64,000 nt of DNA from Octopus vulgaris (Eukaryota), in contig OX597823.1 in NCBI GenBank assembly GCA_951406725.2, positions 21,762,001-21,826,000 on the forward strand. The letters run 5' to 3'. Numbering within the stretch: the first letter of the stretch is position 1; each line of letters begins with the position of its first letter. A program made the translations under genes and the position numbers. The notes under the pieces were generated by a model that did no database searches, was not told the origin of the DNA, and worked only from the letters and a program-made list of their open reading frames with translations. This document shows positions 1-11,506 of the stretch, in pieces.

Positions 1-37
1 CAGTCAAATGACTGAAACAAGCAAAAGAGTAAAGAGT
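1..37 (+). mobile_element. 3' tail of SINE family B (cut by window edge)
   Basis: cagtcaaatgactgaaacaagcaaaagagtaaagagt matches the 3' end of the full copies at 3580-3990, 4940-5358 and 51268-51687. Confidence 0.85.
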
Positions 38-188
38 GGTGTACTGGAAAAGAGCCTCATCGTTTTTCTGAATATCTTGCTCTGAGCGAATCAGAAAGTT
101 ACGATCATGAGGGTATAACAAACTGCAAATAGGAATTATAAACATTATTTACATTTGACGGATATTTGTCCTCATCTTGTTTGTTGTT

Positions 189-234
189 AGCACAACGTTT
201 CAGCTGATATACCCTCCAGCCTTCATCAGGTGTC
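189..234 (-). ncRNA. Minimal type I hammerhead ribozyme motif
   Basis: Minus strand: gacac-CUGAUGA-a-ggcug-gaggguauau-cagcu-GAAA-C-GUU-gugcu; complete core, 5-bp stem II, loopless palindromic stem III (ACGU) as in minimal hammerheads of Penelope-like elements; stem I cac/gug, extended to gacac/guguu using the 34 kb copy. Confidence 0.7.
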
Positions 235-318
235 TTGGGGAAATTTTGAACCTGGGTTCTCATTCCTAAGGTATTTTCCGATGTTGTTGTTATTATTATT
301 ACTATTATTATTATCATT

Positions 319-669
319 GTGGAGGCGCAATGGTCCAGTGGTTAGGGCAGCGGACTTGCGGTCATAGGATCGCGGTTTCGATTCCCAGACCGGGCGTTGT
401 GAGTGTTTATTGAGCGAAAACACCTAAAGCTCCACGAGGCTCCAGCAGGGATGGTGGTGATCCCTGCTGTGCTCTTTCACCACAACTTTCTCTCACTCTT
501 TCTTCCTGTTTCTGTTGTACCTGTGTCATGCTGAATATCCCTGAGAACTACATTAAGGGTACACGTGTCTGTGGAGTGCTCAGCCACTTACACGTTAATT
601 TCACGAGCAGGCTGTTCCGTTGATCGGATCAACCGGAACCCTCGTCGTCGTAACCGACGGAGTGCTTCC
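319..669 (+). mobile_element. tRNA-derived SINE family A
   Basis: A box tggtccagtgg and B box ggtttcgattcc in the head; near-identical to 39611-39994 (this copy has a short internal deletion); inserted in a (TAT)n tract. Confidence 0.9.
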
Positions 670-1144
670 CTTAATTATTATCATTATTATTATTATTATT
701 ATTATTTAGGTCACTGCCTGGAATTGAACTCAGAATCTCGGGGTTAGTAGCCCGTGCTCTTAAAAACTACGCCATATGCCCGTGGGCATTATAAACGCCT
801 TTGATTTAGCTTTGAAACGATGCCAATTAAATTACATGTTGTGCAGCAGCAGCAGCAGAAAAAAAGATGCCTGGATCACCTGAAATGCATGATCAAAATA
901 TGGCTGCAAAGTATGTGAAGTATAAAGATGGCACAGTTATATCTCCTTGCAAAACACCATTGTCCAAGGGGACACATGTGGAAAGAGCGTCATTCAAGAT
1001 AAAGTAAACCTTCATATTAGTTTGTGATTGGAGAAACTTGTCCAAAATTTTGGTGCAGTCTCAGGACTCTCTGTTATATGCATCTCTCTATCTCTCTCCT
1101 TCTCCCTTTCCCCCTTCTCTCTCTCTCTCTACACACACACACAT

Positions 1145-2396
1145 ATATTGGGTTGGCAACTAAGTTCCTGCCATTTTTGTAAATTCAAATTTTTTAAAAG
1201 GCTTAATAAAAAATAACAACTAATTAATAATGTATTCACCCTTGTTGTTTACAACTTCTTCTCAATGTTCAAGAAGATTTTCAATACCTTGTTGGTAGAA
1301 ATCACCTGATTTCGACTTAAAAAATTGATCCAACCAAGCTCTCAATTCTGTACCAGTATTGAACGAAACTCCACGCATAGCATTTGAAAGAGATCAAAAG
1401 AGGTGGAAATCTATTGGTGCCAAATCAGGAGAGTACGACAGGTGTGACAGCACTTCCCAGCCATGCGTTTGAATGGCTTCCTTGGTCATATTGGTGATAT
1501 GAGGGTGGGCGTTGTCATGCAGCAGAAGATCTCCATGCTGTCGTTTAGGTCTTTTCTCTTGAATAGCCATGTTGAGTCATTCCATCTGTTGAACATAGAG
1601 TTCTGCATTGACCATTTAGTTCCGTTCAAGCAATTTGTAATAGATAATCCCTTCCCAGTACCACCATACGCACAACATCGCTTTACGCAGAAGATCTTGT
1701 TTCACGTGTGGTGTCACTTGTTTACCGGAGCTAAGTCATTCCTTACGCTGCTTCATATTGATTTACAGACACCATTTTTCGTCGCCAGTAACGATTCGGT
1801 AAGGAAATCATTGCTTGTGTCCATGAGTTAAGCGGTGATGAGCAAGCAAACCAGCTGAGATTGTGGCTCATTGATTTTTGTTGTTGTTACTTAAAGCATG
1901 CGGAACCCATGCTCCATACTTCTGAACCTTTCCCATTGAGTGAAGATGCTTCTCTATAGCAGTGTGGGAGTATTCCCTTTTCTCTGCCAGTTCCCTTGTC
2001 GTTTGACGAGAATTTTCATGCAAAAGTTGGTTTAATCACTCTTCATCGAACTCAATTGGACGTCCAGAATGAGGTGCATCTTTGAGGTCAAAATTTCCAT
2101 TTTTGAACTTGGCATACCAATCACGAGCGGTTCTTTCAGCTATGGCACCCTCTCCATACACAGCACAAATGTCGCAAGCAGCTTTTGCAGCCTTAGAACC
2201 TTGATTAAAAGCAAAAAGAAGGAGGTGTTGAAAATGCTCATTTTTCTTAACTTGACATTCCATTTTAATGATCTGAAAATAAACAAAAATTAACTAAAAT
2301 TAACTAGAAAAAAAAAACAAAAGATTCCAAAATGATTCAAATATAGAATTCTTGAAAAAAATAGATCCCAAAATTTAAAAGAACGGCAGGAATCTT
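1145..2396 (-). mobile_element. Mariner (DD34D) DNA transposon, decayed
   Basis: Left end tattgggttggcaactaagttcctgccattttt; partial inverse aaaagaacggcaggaat at ~2376-2392; encloses the transposase pseudogene. Confidence 0.85.
1220..2263 (-). pseudogene. Mariner transposase pseudogene
   Basis: N-terminal HTH (MECQVKKNEHFQHLLLFAFNQG...WYAKFKNGNFDLKDAPHSGRP), then WVPHAL, IVTGDEKW, LLHDNAHPH and YSPDLAPIDFHLF motifs, with in-frame stops. Confidence 0.9.
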
Positions 2397-2654
2397 GGTA
2401 TTGTATCTGTATATTCATACATGCACAGAATATTGGTTGTCACAAAATACTACAATACATATATACATTCTTTGGTAACAAGAACATGTTAAGAATGGGA
2501 GAAAGTGCTAATGAACTAAGTGATATGATATATATGTAAAAAATGTAATATATAAATAAATATCTGTAAATACAAACCATCCGATCTTCTGATTACCTCA
2601 TTTCTTACTGTGGAGACCTGCCATGATAACTGAATTTCCGCGAAGTAGGGACAC

Positions 2655-2868
2655 CATCATCATCATCATCATCGTTTAACGTCCGCTTTCCATACTAGCA
2701 TGGGTTGGACGATTTTGACTGAGGGCTGGCAAGCCAGATGGCTGCACCAGACTCCGATCTTGATCTGGCAGAGTTTCTACAGCTGGATGCCCTTCCTAAC
2801 GCCAACCACTCTGAGAGTGTAGTGGGTGCTTTTTACATGCCACCAGCACGGGGGCCAGTCAGGTGGTA
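2655..2868 (-). mobile_element. SINE/non-autonomous retroelement family D (RTE-type 3' tail)
   Basis: Minus strand ends ...ccaacccatgctagtatggaaagcggacgttaaacgatgatgatg; homologous to 26432-26712, 34232-34440 and 36790-37103. Confidence 0.8.
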
Positions 2869-3579
2869 CACCCTCCCTGTACTGTTAACAACCCACCCAT
2901 TACAGTAGTCTATTAATAACAAGGACAACTGTTAAGCAATAACACTTTAGATTTTAAAAAATAAATATTGTTACTGTACTCAACACGAAAGAAGTTGAAG
3001 AGTAATTTGAATGATGATGGTGATAAATTTGCTGTACAGTGGAAATGATGATGATGAAGCTGATGGTGGTGTCCTTTCCTGGGACACCTCTTCCACTTCT
3101 TCCGAAGGTGCAACCGTAGTAGTAGCAGCAGGAAATGGCTCTTTTTTGCGAGGCTGCAAAAACATTGTGATAAGAAGTTGCTGCCGCTGCTTCTTTTTCC
3201 GTTCAAAGAGCATCTTGTAGGGATTCATGACTTCGTCGACCTTGTTGTAAAATTGCACAGACAGAACCATATCGTTGTCCCCTTCATGTGACCACTATTT
3301 CAATTCTTTAGCCAGGATGCAGAGCTTGGCCAGCCGTTCCAAAGTCAAGCCAGTTTGGTCGACAACTTATTCCGTTTCTTGCTGCGTTTCTTCTTCTTCT
3401 TCGCTGGCCGACTTCATCAAGTCTTCGAGGTCTGTGTCGGTTGGCGGCTGGGAGTGGCAGTCTAATAACACATTAGAAGAAGCAGCACACTTTCAGCCTT
3501 GGAAGAAGCAGCACGGTTGGGAGCCATTGCAGGGTATGAAAACGCAAAGTTCAACGCAAAGGAGCAAAAAAAAAGCATA

Positions 3580-3750
3580 GGCGCAGGAGTGGCTGTGTGG
3601 TAAGTAGCTTGCTAACCAACCACATGGTTCCGGGTTCAGTCCCACTGCGTGGCATCTTGGGCAAGTGTCTTCTGCTATAGCCCTGGGCCGACCAATGCCT
3701 TGTGAGTGGATTTGGTAGACGGAAACTGAAAGAAGCCTGTCGTATATATG

Positions 3751-3781
<31 letters not shown>

Positions 3782-3990
3782 TTGTGTGTCTGTGTTTGTC
3801 CCCCTAGCATTGCTTGACAACTGATGCTGGTGTGTTTACGTTCCCGTCACTTAGCAGTTCGGCAAAAGAGACCGATAGAATAAGTACTGGGCTTACAAAG
3901 AATAAGTCCTGGGGTCGATTTGCTCGACTAAAGGCGGTGCTCCAGCATGGCCGCAGTCAAATGACTGAAACAAGTAAAAGAGTAAAGAGT
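3580..3990 (+). mobile_element. tRNA-derived SINE family B (full length)
   Basis: Head tggctgtgtgg / gggttcagtccc, CORE-like cttgggcaagtgtctt, internal (TA)n(TG)n, tail aaaagagtaaagagt; near-identical copies elsewhere. Confidence 0.9.
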
Positions 3991-4272
3991 ATACACAGCA
4001 CAGTGTAAAGTAGTACAGTAAACCACTTGGCGAGAGAGCTTGAAGTGAAATGGCCGTGAGAGAGAGAGAGACAAGGGAAGATGCTGCAGATCTGAGCATC
4101 GGTCAAAGCACCAATCCCAGGCCAGATTACAAAATAGGAAGCTGTGATTCGTCGTCTCTCTCCATTGCATCAATCACAGCCCGTCTTAAGTTCAAATACC
4201 CCTGTATATGAATTTTTGCTATTTTACGCTTGTTTTGTTGTTCCTAGACTAGGAAATAATATTTATTATTAA

Positions 4273-4570
4273 CTAGCAGTATCACCCAGCGTTGCTCGGG
4301 TGTGTAAGGGAAATAACTATATAAGCATTTTTAGAGAGTTACTTCCCTTATATAATAGCGAAAAAATGCATTAAAAATGGGAAAAAATGATGGTAAATTT
4401 TTTTAAAATCGTAGACTCATCGTAGACGCGCGCTAATACCCAGAAGGGCTCGATATGAATCACGACTATAAGATGCCCGCTTTTGGTTAAACTGCACCGC
4501 AAAATGTGGGAGTAGTTAGGAATCTAAATCGTAGGAGACAGACACACAACTTCACTTTTATATATAAAGA
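4273..4570 (-). mobile_element. Non-autonomous Helitron
   Basis: Minus strand starts A|TC(tttatatataaaag) and ends with hairpin cccgagcaacgctggg followed by CTAG|T; inserted between A and T with no TSD. Confidence 0.8.
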
Positions 4571-4739
4571 TATTTTAATGGATTCAATGAAAAATTTTAG
4601 GTGTTCATATATATGTATTTTTAAAATCCACGAACTTGTGAATCCACAATAGTTGAACCGTGAAGTAGCGAGGGATCACTGTATGTTCCTATCATCACCC
4701 TTTCCCTCATATTTCCCTTTTAGTTGTCTTGTCAGTTGT

Positions 4740-4939
4740 AAGATGACATCACTAGTGCTGGTGCCATGAAAAGAAAGAGAGGGAAAAAAAAAAGCTCCCG
4801 GTTCACTCTGTAAAGTGTTTGCTATTTGAGAGGGCATCGTGCTGCAGAAATCTTGGTAAAACTGTGACGACTATCTTCCAATTCATTGGATCCTGTAAAA
4901 CCATCCAACCCATGGAAGACAAATGCAAAATGATGATGA
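4740..4939 (+). mobile_element. Degraded family-D element
   Basis: agggcatcgtgctgcagaaa...catccaacccatggaagac...aaatgatgatg resembles the family D 3' part. Confidence 0.55.
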
Positions 4940-5096
4940 GGAGTGGCTGTGTGGTAAGTAGCTTGCTAACCAACCACATGGTTCCGGGTTCAGTCCCACT
5001 GCATGGCATCTTGGGCAAGTGTCTTCTGCTATAGCCCCGGGCCGACCAATGCCTTGTGAGTGGATTTGGTAGAGGGAAACTGAAAGAAGCCTGTCG

Positions 5097-5133
<37 letters not shown>

Positions 5134-5358
5134 ATATGTGTTTGTGTGTCTATGTTTGTCCCCCTAGCATTGATGACAACCGATGCTGGTGTGTTTACGT
5201 CCCCGTCACTTAGCGGTTCGGCAAAAGAGACCGATAGAATAAGTACTGGGCTTACAAAGAATAAGTCTCCCGGGGTCGATTTGCTCGACCAAAGGCGGTG
5301 CTCCAGCATGGCCGCAGTCAAATGACTGAAACAAGTAAAAGAGTAAAGAGTAAAAGAG
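4940..5358 (+). mobile_element. SINE family B with TSD
   Basis: Near-identical to 3580-3990; flanked by atgatgatga at 4930-4939 and 5359-5368. Confidence 0.9.
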
Positions 5359-5408
5359 ATGATGATGACAATGATATCTATATGTTATGTTTGTTATATA
5401 AGTGTTAT

Positions 5409-5444
<36 letters not shown>

Positions 5445-6382
5445 GTAATCCTAAAAATGTATTTGTAGTTTGACATATCATTGGTTTCATATCTAATTAG
5501 CTGACACAGTAATAACCATAGGCAAAGCGGTAAAGCTTTAATGAAAATTGCTCGTTAAAAACAACTTGATGGCTGTACCTTTCATAGACTGACAACTTCT
5601 AGACAGATCTTTGTGAGTACACAAGTGTGTGGTGGGGTAGATGGGTGGTGGGGGGGGGGGGGAGAAAAGGAATAAAATGAGAGAGCGGGAGTGATTGATA
5701 AAGAAAGAAAGAGAGGAGGGTGAAATGATTAGTAGGCCACTGTGATGATAGTGGTGGGGGTGACTTTCAACTTACAAAAACATTCTGTCAATTATGCCTA
5801 GACACACATATACAAATAAACTCTCTCTCTCTCTCTCTCTCTTTCATACACACATACACACACACAGTCAGAAATACGAATATACAATCAATTATGCCTA
5901 GACACATATGTAAATATATTGGAAGATATAAATATACTGGCACACATGTTCATGAGAGTATATTTGCACTTCAGTGCATGCACACACACACACACAAACA
6001 CACATATGCGCGTGCACACTTATTCTTACATGTATCAGTTGTGATGTTACTCAAAAACCTGGATATTTACATATGAATCATCAGAGCAATGACTTCCTGA
6101 CAATTCAAGAATTTTAATTTACACTGACTGATTATGAAATACTCGCCAGTCATACAGTGCTCCCACTGTTTGCAATCCTCTATTCATTCCATCGCATATT
6201 GCCTATTTATTGTTGCGTTTAGAGATAGTTAAACGCTGTGGCTACAAATAGTTATTTCGTAGTACAGCAATCTGAAGATTCAGTCCATGTTTTTTTATAA
6301 CGTGACCTCTTCCCACTGAACTATAACCCTTGGCATACCGTTCTTTAACTCTTTGCCAACCCTGTGCATCACGTGATACACT

Positions 6383-6735
6383 GGATCTTTTCCTTTTGAA
6401 CGGCACACGTCAACACAATTGTTATCCTTAAATTAATTTAACAATTAAGAAAAAAAAAACGAAAGGCTAAAATCTAGGGTTAGGGTGAGGGTTAGGGTTA
6501 GTTACAGGATGTTGTCTCATGTTTAGACGCAGCAAATGATTTTAGCTCACTAGAGGCGATTCATTGGTTAAAATTCGAAAAATTAAACTTCGTTAAACAA
6601 ACAAATTACAATTTTCTCAAGAAAGCCAAGAGAAAAAATGTTTTATTTCGACACATTCTACCAGTATACGAAGTTTTAAAGTGTTTAGTTAACTAGAAAT
6701 TGTGTTGACATGTGCCGTTCAAAAGGAAAATATCC
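6383..6735. mobile_element. MITE with ~38-bp TIRs and internal TTAGGG-like repeats
   Basis: ggatcttttccttttgaacggcacacgtcaacacaatt ... aattgtgttgacatgtgccgttcaaaaggaaaatatcc; internal tagggttagggtgagggttagggttag. Confidence 0.8.
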
Positions 6736-6934
6736 TGTACATTTCCCTGGATTGCACTATGTGTGATACACATTCTTAATTATTTTTCTTGCAACCACCT
6801 GAGTAACCGCGGAACTTATGAAAGGAAAGCTTTATGTTACTCAGAACGTATGAAACGAGCTGAAAGTCTGGAAACTTACATCATTCAAAATAGTTAATTC
6901 AGTGATAAGGAATGTATTTTACAAAAGAAAAATA

Positions 6935-7107
6935 GGCAATCTTTCGTCTGTAGTAGACCTTTCCGTCGATTTCCGTAAAATTTTTTTTTTTTTTTACATA
7001 TGGGCTTGCGGGAACTTTTGAAGTAATGAGAGCGAAAGAGACTAAGAGAAAGCGATTGTATGACGAGGGAAGTTCTTTTGAAGTTACCGTGCATGGGAGC
7101 ATTGATG

Positions 7108-7153
<46 letters not shown>

Positions 7154-7335
7154 AGACAGACAGTATGTTGTGTAAGTGAAGTGCTTCTGTTAGTGTGTGT
7201 GTGAAGAGACAGAGAGAGTAATGTGTCTCTTTCGCTCTCATTACTTCAAAAGTTCCCGCAAGCCCATATGTTAAAAAAAAAAAAATTTTTTGTACGGAAA
7301 TCGACGGAAAGGTCTACTAGAGACGAAAGATCGCC
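6935..7335. mobile_element. MITE with ~110-bp TIRs, GG termini and 8-bp TSD (Merlin-like by inference)
   Basis: ggcaatctttcgtctgtagtagacc...gagagcgaaagagac inverted at 7225-7335; flanks gaaaaata / aaaaaata. Confidence 0.8.
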
Positions 7336-7399
7336 AAAAAATAAAGAAGAAAGAAAAAAAAAAGCATCAATGTAGCATTAAGTGCCTCGATTGGTTGCA

Positions 7400-7532
7400 C
7401 TCTACAAGGTTCAATGGAACCTACTGAAGCATTACGACGGTCGATGGCAAGGCTAAGGCGTCGGAAAAAGCCAGTACCCTCGTAGGCATCAAATGCTTTG
7501 GATATAGACAAAGTTAAGACTCTGAACTCCTA
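7400..7532 (-). pseudogene. Possible non-LTR retrotransposon RT fragment
   Basis: GEFRVLTLSISKAFDAYEGTGFFRRL resembles the LDISKAFD-containing RT motif of CR1/L2/Jockey-type LINEs. Confidence 0.4.
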
Positions 7533-7865
7533 CAGTAGGGAATTTAACACACTGTACTATGACCTATGTAGCCCCGCTCCAATCCATTCTATTCAATATA
7601 CTTCTGACTTTGAGCAGTAACCTCTGACACACTATACCGTTGCTTTTTTAATATGGCACCACGACCTCTCTATTATGCACAAACTAAAATTTTAACCTCA
7701 GACATTCTGCACTAACCTCCGATATGTGCCTCTATAACATCTATGTAACCTTTCTCTGTCACCACTGATGTACATTAACTAATACTCGGTTCTGTGACCC
7801 CATTCATGCTCACTGTCACCTTTGACACGCTGCTCAGTGACCTCTAAATGTAGGACTTAAGCTGT

Positions 7866-8265
7866 GTAACAAGGGAGATGACGCTTAGCCCAAGATTAAC
7901 TCTAATCAAGTAGTTATAATCTAAGTCATTTCAGCTGTAAGCATCCCATCTTTTTTTCCAGAATACATTATCCAATGAATTTTAAAGGACATGAATCGAA
8001 GGAGATTTGACTGTTATTTCTAGCATTTCGTCTACATACAGGCTCTCAAAGATCTAAACAGCCCAGGTGGCCTTTTTTAAGCAGACATACGATCAAAAAC
8101 GCACCAGATTTGATCATCCTGTCTTTTTCCTCAGTCATTATGTATTTAACACTGCAATATGCATGCAACATAGTTTTATATATAGGACAGTTGACTGATT
8201 TAGGAGAATTTTGGCTGCTGTATCTAGCAGGACGAGCGATCGCGCAGAAGCTTCCTGTTGGCACG
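7866..8265 (+). repeat. Two adjacent copies of old dispersed repeat family E
   Basis: Shared motifs gatcaaa..cagctgt..catcccatcttttt..acattatcc..ggagatttggctgctatttctagcagg; further degraded copies near 11460, 18170, 27520-27725, 49300-49500, 50160-50320 (minus), 54370-54570, 58870-59070, 59350-59720 and 63940-64000. Confidence 0.6.
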
Positions 8266-8918
8266 TTTTTTTCAGATAGAGTGAAGATTTCAGTTTAACG
8301 TTAGATAGATGGCGGGGGAGAGAAAGACTGATACTGAGGGACAACTACTGACCTACTAACCATATTTAGATGATGTTTTTGGAGGTGGACCAAAAGACAC
8401 ACACACACACACATACACACACGTGTGAATGTGCGTGTGGGCGCGCGCGCACATATACACAAAAATATATAGAAAGAGAAAGAGAGAATAGATAGGGAAA
8501 TACGCAGATAGTCTGGTTAGTTGGTTGTTAGATCGACACATAAGCGAATTCTATATCTGGAGGTTTAATTTTGGAGTAAGAATGAAAGAATTATATTTTG
8601 AACAGAATCTCCTACAGGCCGTGGAAACCAGTTGTTATCACCTTGTATTTAATATGCAGAACGCTCCCGAGGTATTCCCCTTAAGCTTAAAATAATATTT
8701 TGACAAGAGCCAATATCACTAAAACAAAAAAAAAAACAAAAAAAGAAAGTAGAATTTCGTGAAAAGTGTTAATATATGTAAACAGTTCGGCCGAAGCCTC
8801 TCAAAGAAAAATGAGAGAAGTCTGTCATTTTCCGATGTCCGAAACGCCATGTATATATATATTACTCTCAAGATGTTTTTGTTTGTTTGGCTCATGTAGT
8901 TAACATCCATCTACTTAC

Positions 8919-9032
8919 ATAGTTTAATGCCGAGCATAGGCATTTATCTTTGCTCTGCTCGGAATGAATACAAATAGAACCCTCGGCTAAACGAGAAGCC
9001 TCTAACAGAGGGTCGACAACTTTTTCGCACAT
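8919..9032 (-). CDS. Candidate first (coding or uORF-bearing) exon of a minus-strand gene
   Basis: ATG at 9032 opens 38 uninterrupted codons (MCEKVVDPLLEASRLAEGSICIHSEQSKDKCLCSALNY) ending exactly at a consensus donor AT|GTAAGT (GT at 8918-8917); no homology recognised. Confidence 0.35.
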
Positions 9033-9099
9033 TTCTCTGGTTGTTTGCCTGTCTTGTGCGTTTCTTTGAAATTCTCAACTAAACAATAAACGTAAGAAG

Positions 9100-9185
9100 A
9101 AGCGTGTCATTGTTGACCTTAGCAACGACCTACGTGTCATAGAGCATGCGCAAATCATGACTGTCACAAACGTAGTCAACGGTCT
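9100..9185 (-). promoter_or_regulatory. Candidate promoter with RFX X-box-like and NRF1-like motifs
   Basis: gttgaccttagcaac (9112-9126) and gcatgcgca (9144-9152) in a CpG-rich non-repetitive stretch just upstream of the candidate minus-strand exon. Confidence 0.45.
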
Positions 9186-11506
9186 TAAGATGTTTTTTTT
9201 TTTTCTCGTTTCATCACTATATGGTTCCTGCAGAACTTATAATTTTTCAGTGGTTAATTTTTACAAGATGTTATAAAAACTGTGATGATTAAGGGGAAAG
9301 AAATTGATTAATATTCATATAAACTACACTTGATTTCTTTTAAAATCTCGCATCGAAGCGAGATTACAAAAACAAACCTAATTAAATCTCGTGCATACGT
9401 AACTTCATTAACAACTCTATTTTATTTTGGCATGCATAATAATTATTTCCGTATTTATTTTGCATTTTCCATCATTAAGAAAATAGTAATGTCGATGTTT
9501 ATTTAATATCAAAGACAATGTATACAAAAGGGAACTCTACTTAGTGAAATCTCGCTGACACGTGACTCCTCTGGACTATTGTGCTTAATTTGTTTTGTTT
9601 TTTAATACTTTACTTAGATACTCACACAGACATGATTACAGCTGTCTAGTTTCAGTCAGAACATGAAAATATTCAAATCCTTCTACTTGTCTATTATGTT
9701 AAGTAACTGTGATATCGTTAATGTTTTGGGTTCTAGACTAAGGTCAGTAGCAGCAGCAGCTCAACTGTTTGCTATTATGACGTAATGGTTGTTTGGGGGT
9801 TGCCGTCGTTGGAGCAAGGTGCTGTCGCCTGATTCCATGCATATATATATATATATATATAGTTCGCATTTTTCGAATCTGAGAGCTTGCCCAGATGGTC
9901 GACACCGCTCTATTAAGACCACTATAAGAATCTCGTGACTGTTATGAACATTCATATACGCACACATTTATAAGACAGTGTGTGTAGCATATATGTTTAC
10001 ACTTACAGCTACGTACACACATTATATGTATGTATGTATATATGTATATATATATATACACTTATATATAGTAGTTGATAATTCCCCAAGGGTTGTTTCA
10101 AAACAAGTCGGCTCTATAGACTAATGCCACATCAACTTATACAAGTGGTAGAGAAAGGAAAGTGCTTGTGAGAATTGAAAAGGGGGCGGATAAGTTATGT
10201 TTAATAAAAATTAAGAGGGTTTTAAAATTTTTTCACCTGTCTAGTACCACGACGAAGATATAAGAATTATATAGTTGCGAACACTATTTTGTTTTTTCAT
10301 ATAACAAATTACACTTTTTTCGTGACGAAGTATCCTGATATTTGTCAAAGAGTTACTGAATTTATACACCATCATATCTACTGCAAAAGGTGTGTTGTCC
10401 CTCCTCTGGTGCCTATAATCACTTTGTTACCATTAATATATATATATATATATTGACTTTCTATTAATGTTGAAAACAAGCATTTATTAAAATAACTATC
10501 ATTATTAAGCTGGTGTTTCGAACATAAATCAACATGAAATTTTGGTGGAACATTTTAATTTAGATTACTATAAAACGGCATTCGTGTTATAGCAAGCACC
10601 AAGGGTGGTTTCATGCGGGTTGATATCAAAAGTGTTGAAAGTTTCACTCACTACAGCTCTGCAGCTGATGGTTTAGATGTCTGCATCCAATATATACAGT
10701 ATGATTTGTTGAAGACCAGATCGAATTAATATCATCAATAATATAGCTTCATTTCCTTCTTATGTTCTGTAATCAACTCCTAACAGGGTCGAATACATTT
10801 TGTGAAACTCAAAAGTCAGTCATTTTAGGTCCAATGTAAGAAATACGCAAAGGAAGAAATCTGCAAATGGTTCGTTGAAGCAACAGATGATTGTATGAAA
10901 CCGTTTCTTCGCCAACGATTTTCAAGAGAGGGAATACGACTGAATTTACTCACTCGAACATACATTCATAATATAGTGGGGAGTGATTCAATTGCTATAC
11001 CACTCTGCTACAAGACTAGTTTCTGTGTCTAAAAACAAATTGTATTCTAAAAGCTATTCAATACATTGTATACCCATGAATTGTATTTCTCATTTAAGAA
11101 AAAAAAAATCAGAAGAAAAAGCCTCTTGTCACTCATAAACGATTGTTGGGCCCTTATCTAAAAGGTTGTCATGAGTAAAGCCATCCTTACTGAGCCGGCT
11201 GCTTAAGTAAGACCAGAAATTGCGAGTACGTGGAAGGAGTGAAGAGGAATGACTCAACAGGTTATCTGTATCTTGGCCAAATAAACATTGCCGGGTTCAC
11301 CTCTTCTCTCAAAAATTAAACTCTTGAGGCATGGTAGTGGTGGAACTCGCTATCATTGTAGAGAGCTAAAAATTAACACCCTATTTGATAAACGACGCTC
11401 TAGTTACGACTATTCTGCTTTTCTGTGTATCTATAGCAATGTTGTCGGCTTTTTTTAAAAAGATTATTTGGCCGCTATTTCTAGCAGAAGTAGTGACTGT
11501 TTAGAG

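Larger units (their letters stand above)
131..790 (-). mobile_element. tRNA-headed SINE-like element carrying a hammerhead ribozyme, interrupted by a SINE-A insertion (319-669)
   Basis: Minus strand reads: tRNA-like head gggcatatggcgtag(tt)ttaagagcacgggctactaaccccgagattctgagttcaattccaggcagtgacct (781-708; A-box-like tggcgtag, B-box gagttcaattcc at 731-720), (AAT)n linker, then a body containing the hammerhead core; body 131-228 recurs at 33980-34074. Confidence 0.7.
2600..4683 (-). mobile_element. Tigger/pogo-like DNA transposon remnant with nested insertions (left boundary approximate)
   Basis: Right end reads TA-cagtgatccctcgctacttcacggttc on the minus strand (Tigger-type TIR); 2980-3470 encodes Tigger-like C-terminal motifs (LLDCHSQPPTDTDLEDLMKSASEEEE; FERKKKQRQQLLITMF). 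Confidence 0.65.

Noticed and set aside
708-781. Functional tRNA gene
   Set aside because: A box is mutated, acceptor and anticodon stems are imperfect, and it continues into a repeat body; treated as a SINE head. The same applies to the heads of SINE A, B and C
1463-1831. 122-aa plus-strand ORF
   Set aside because: Antisense to the mariner transposase pseudogene
4803-5490. Recurrent ORFs such as MTAAMLEHRL... and SVYQIHSQG... (also at 3.5, 51.3 and 59.8 kb)
   Set aside because: Antisense translations of SINE family B, not genes
6475-6502. Telomere or chromosome-fusion remnant
   Set aside because: Only ~4 imperfect units, internal to a MITE
8046-8298. ORFs as exons of the minus-strand gene
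   Set aside because: Sequence belongs to dispersed repeat family E, which occurs many times in the window
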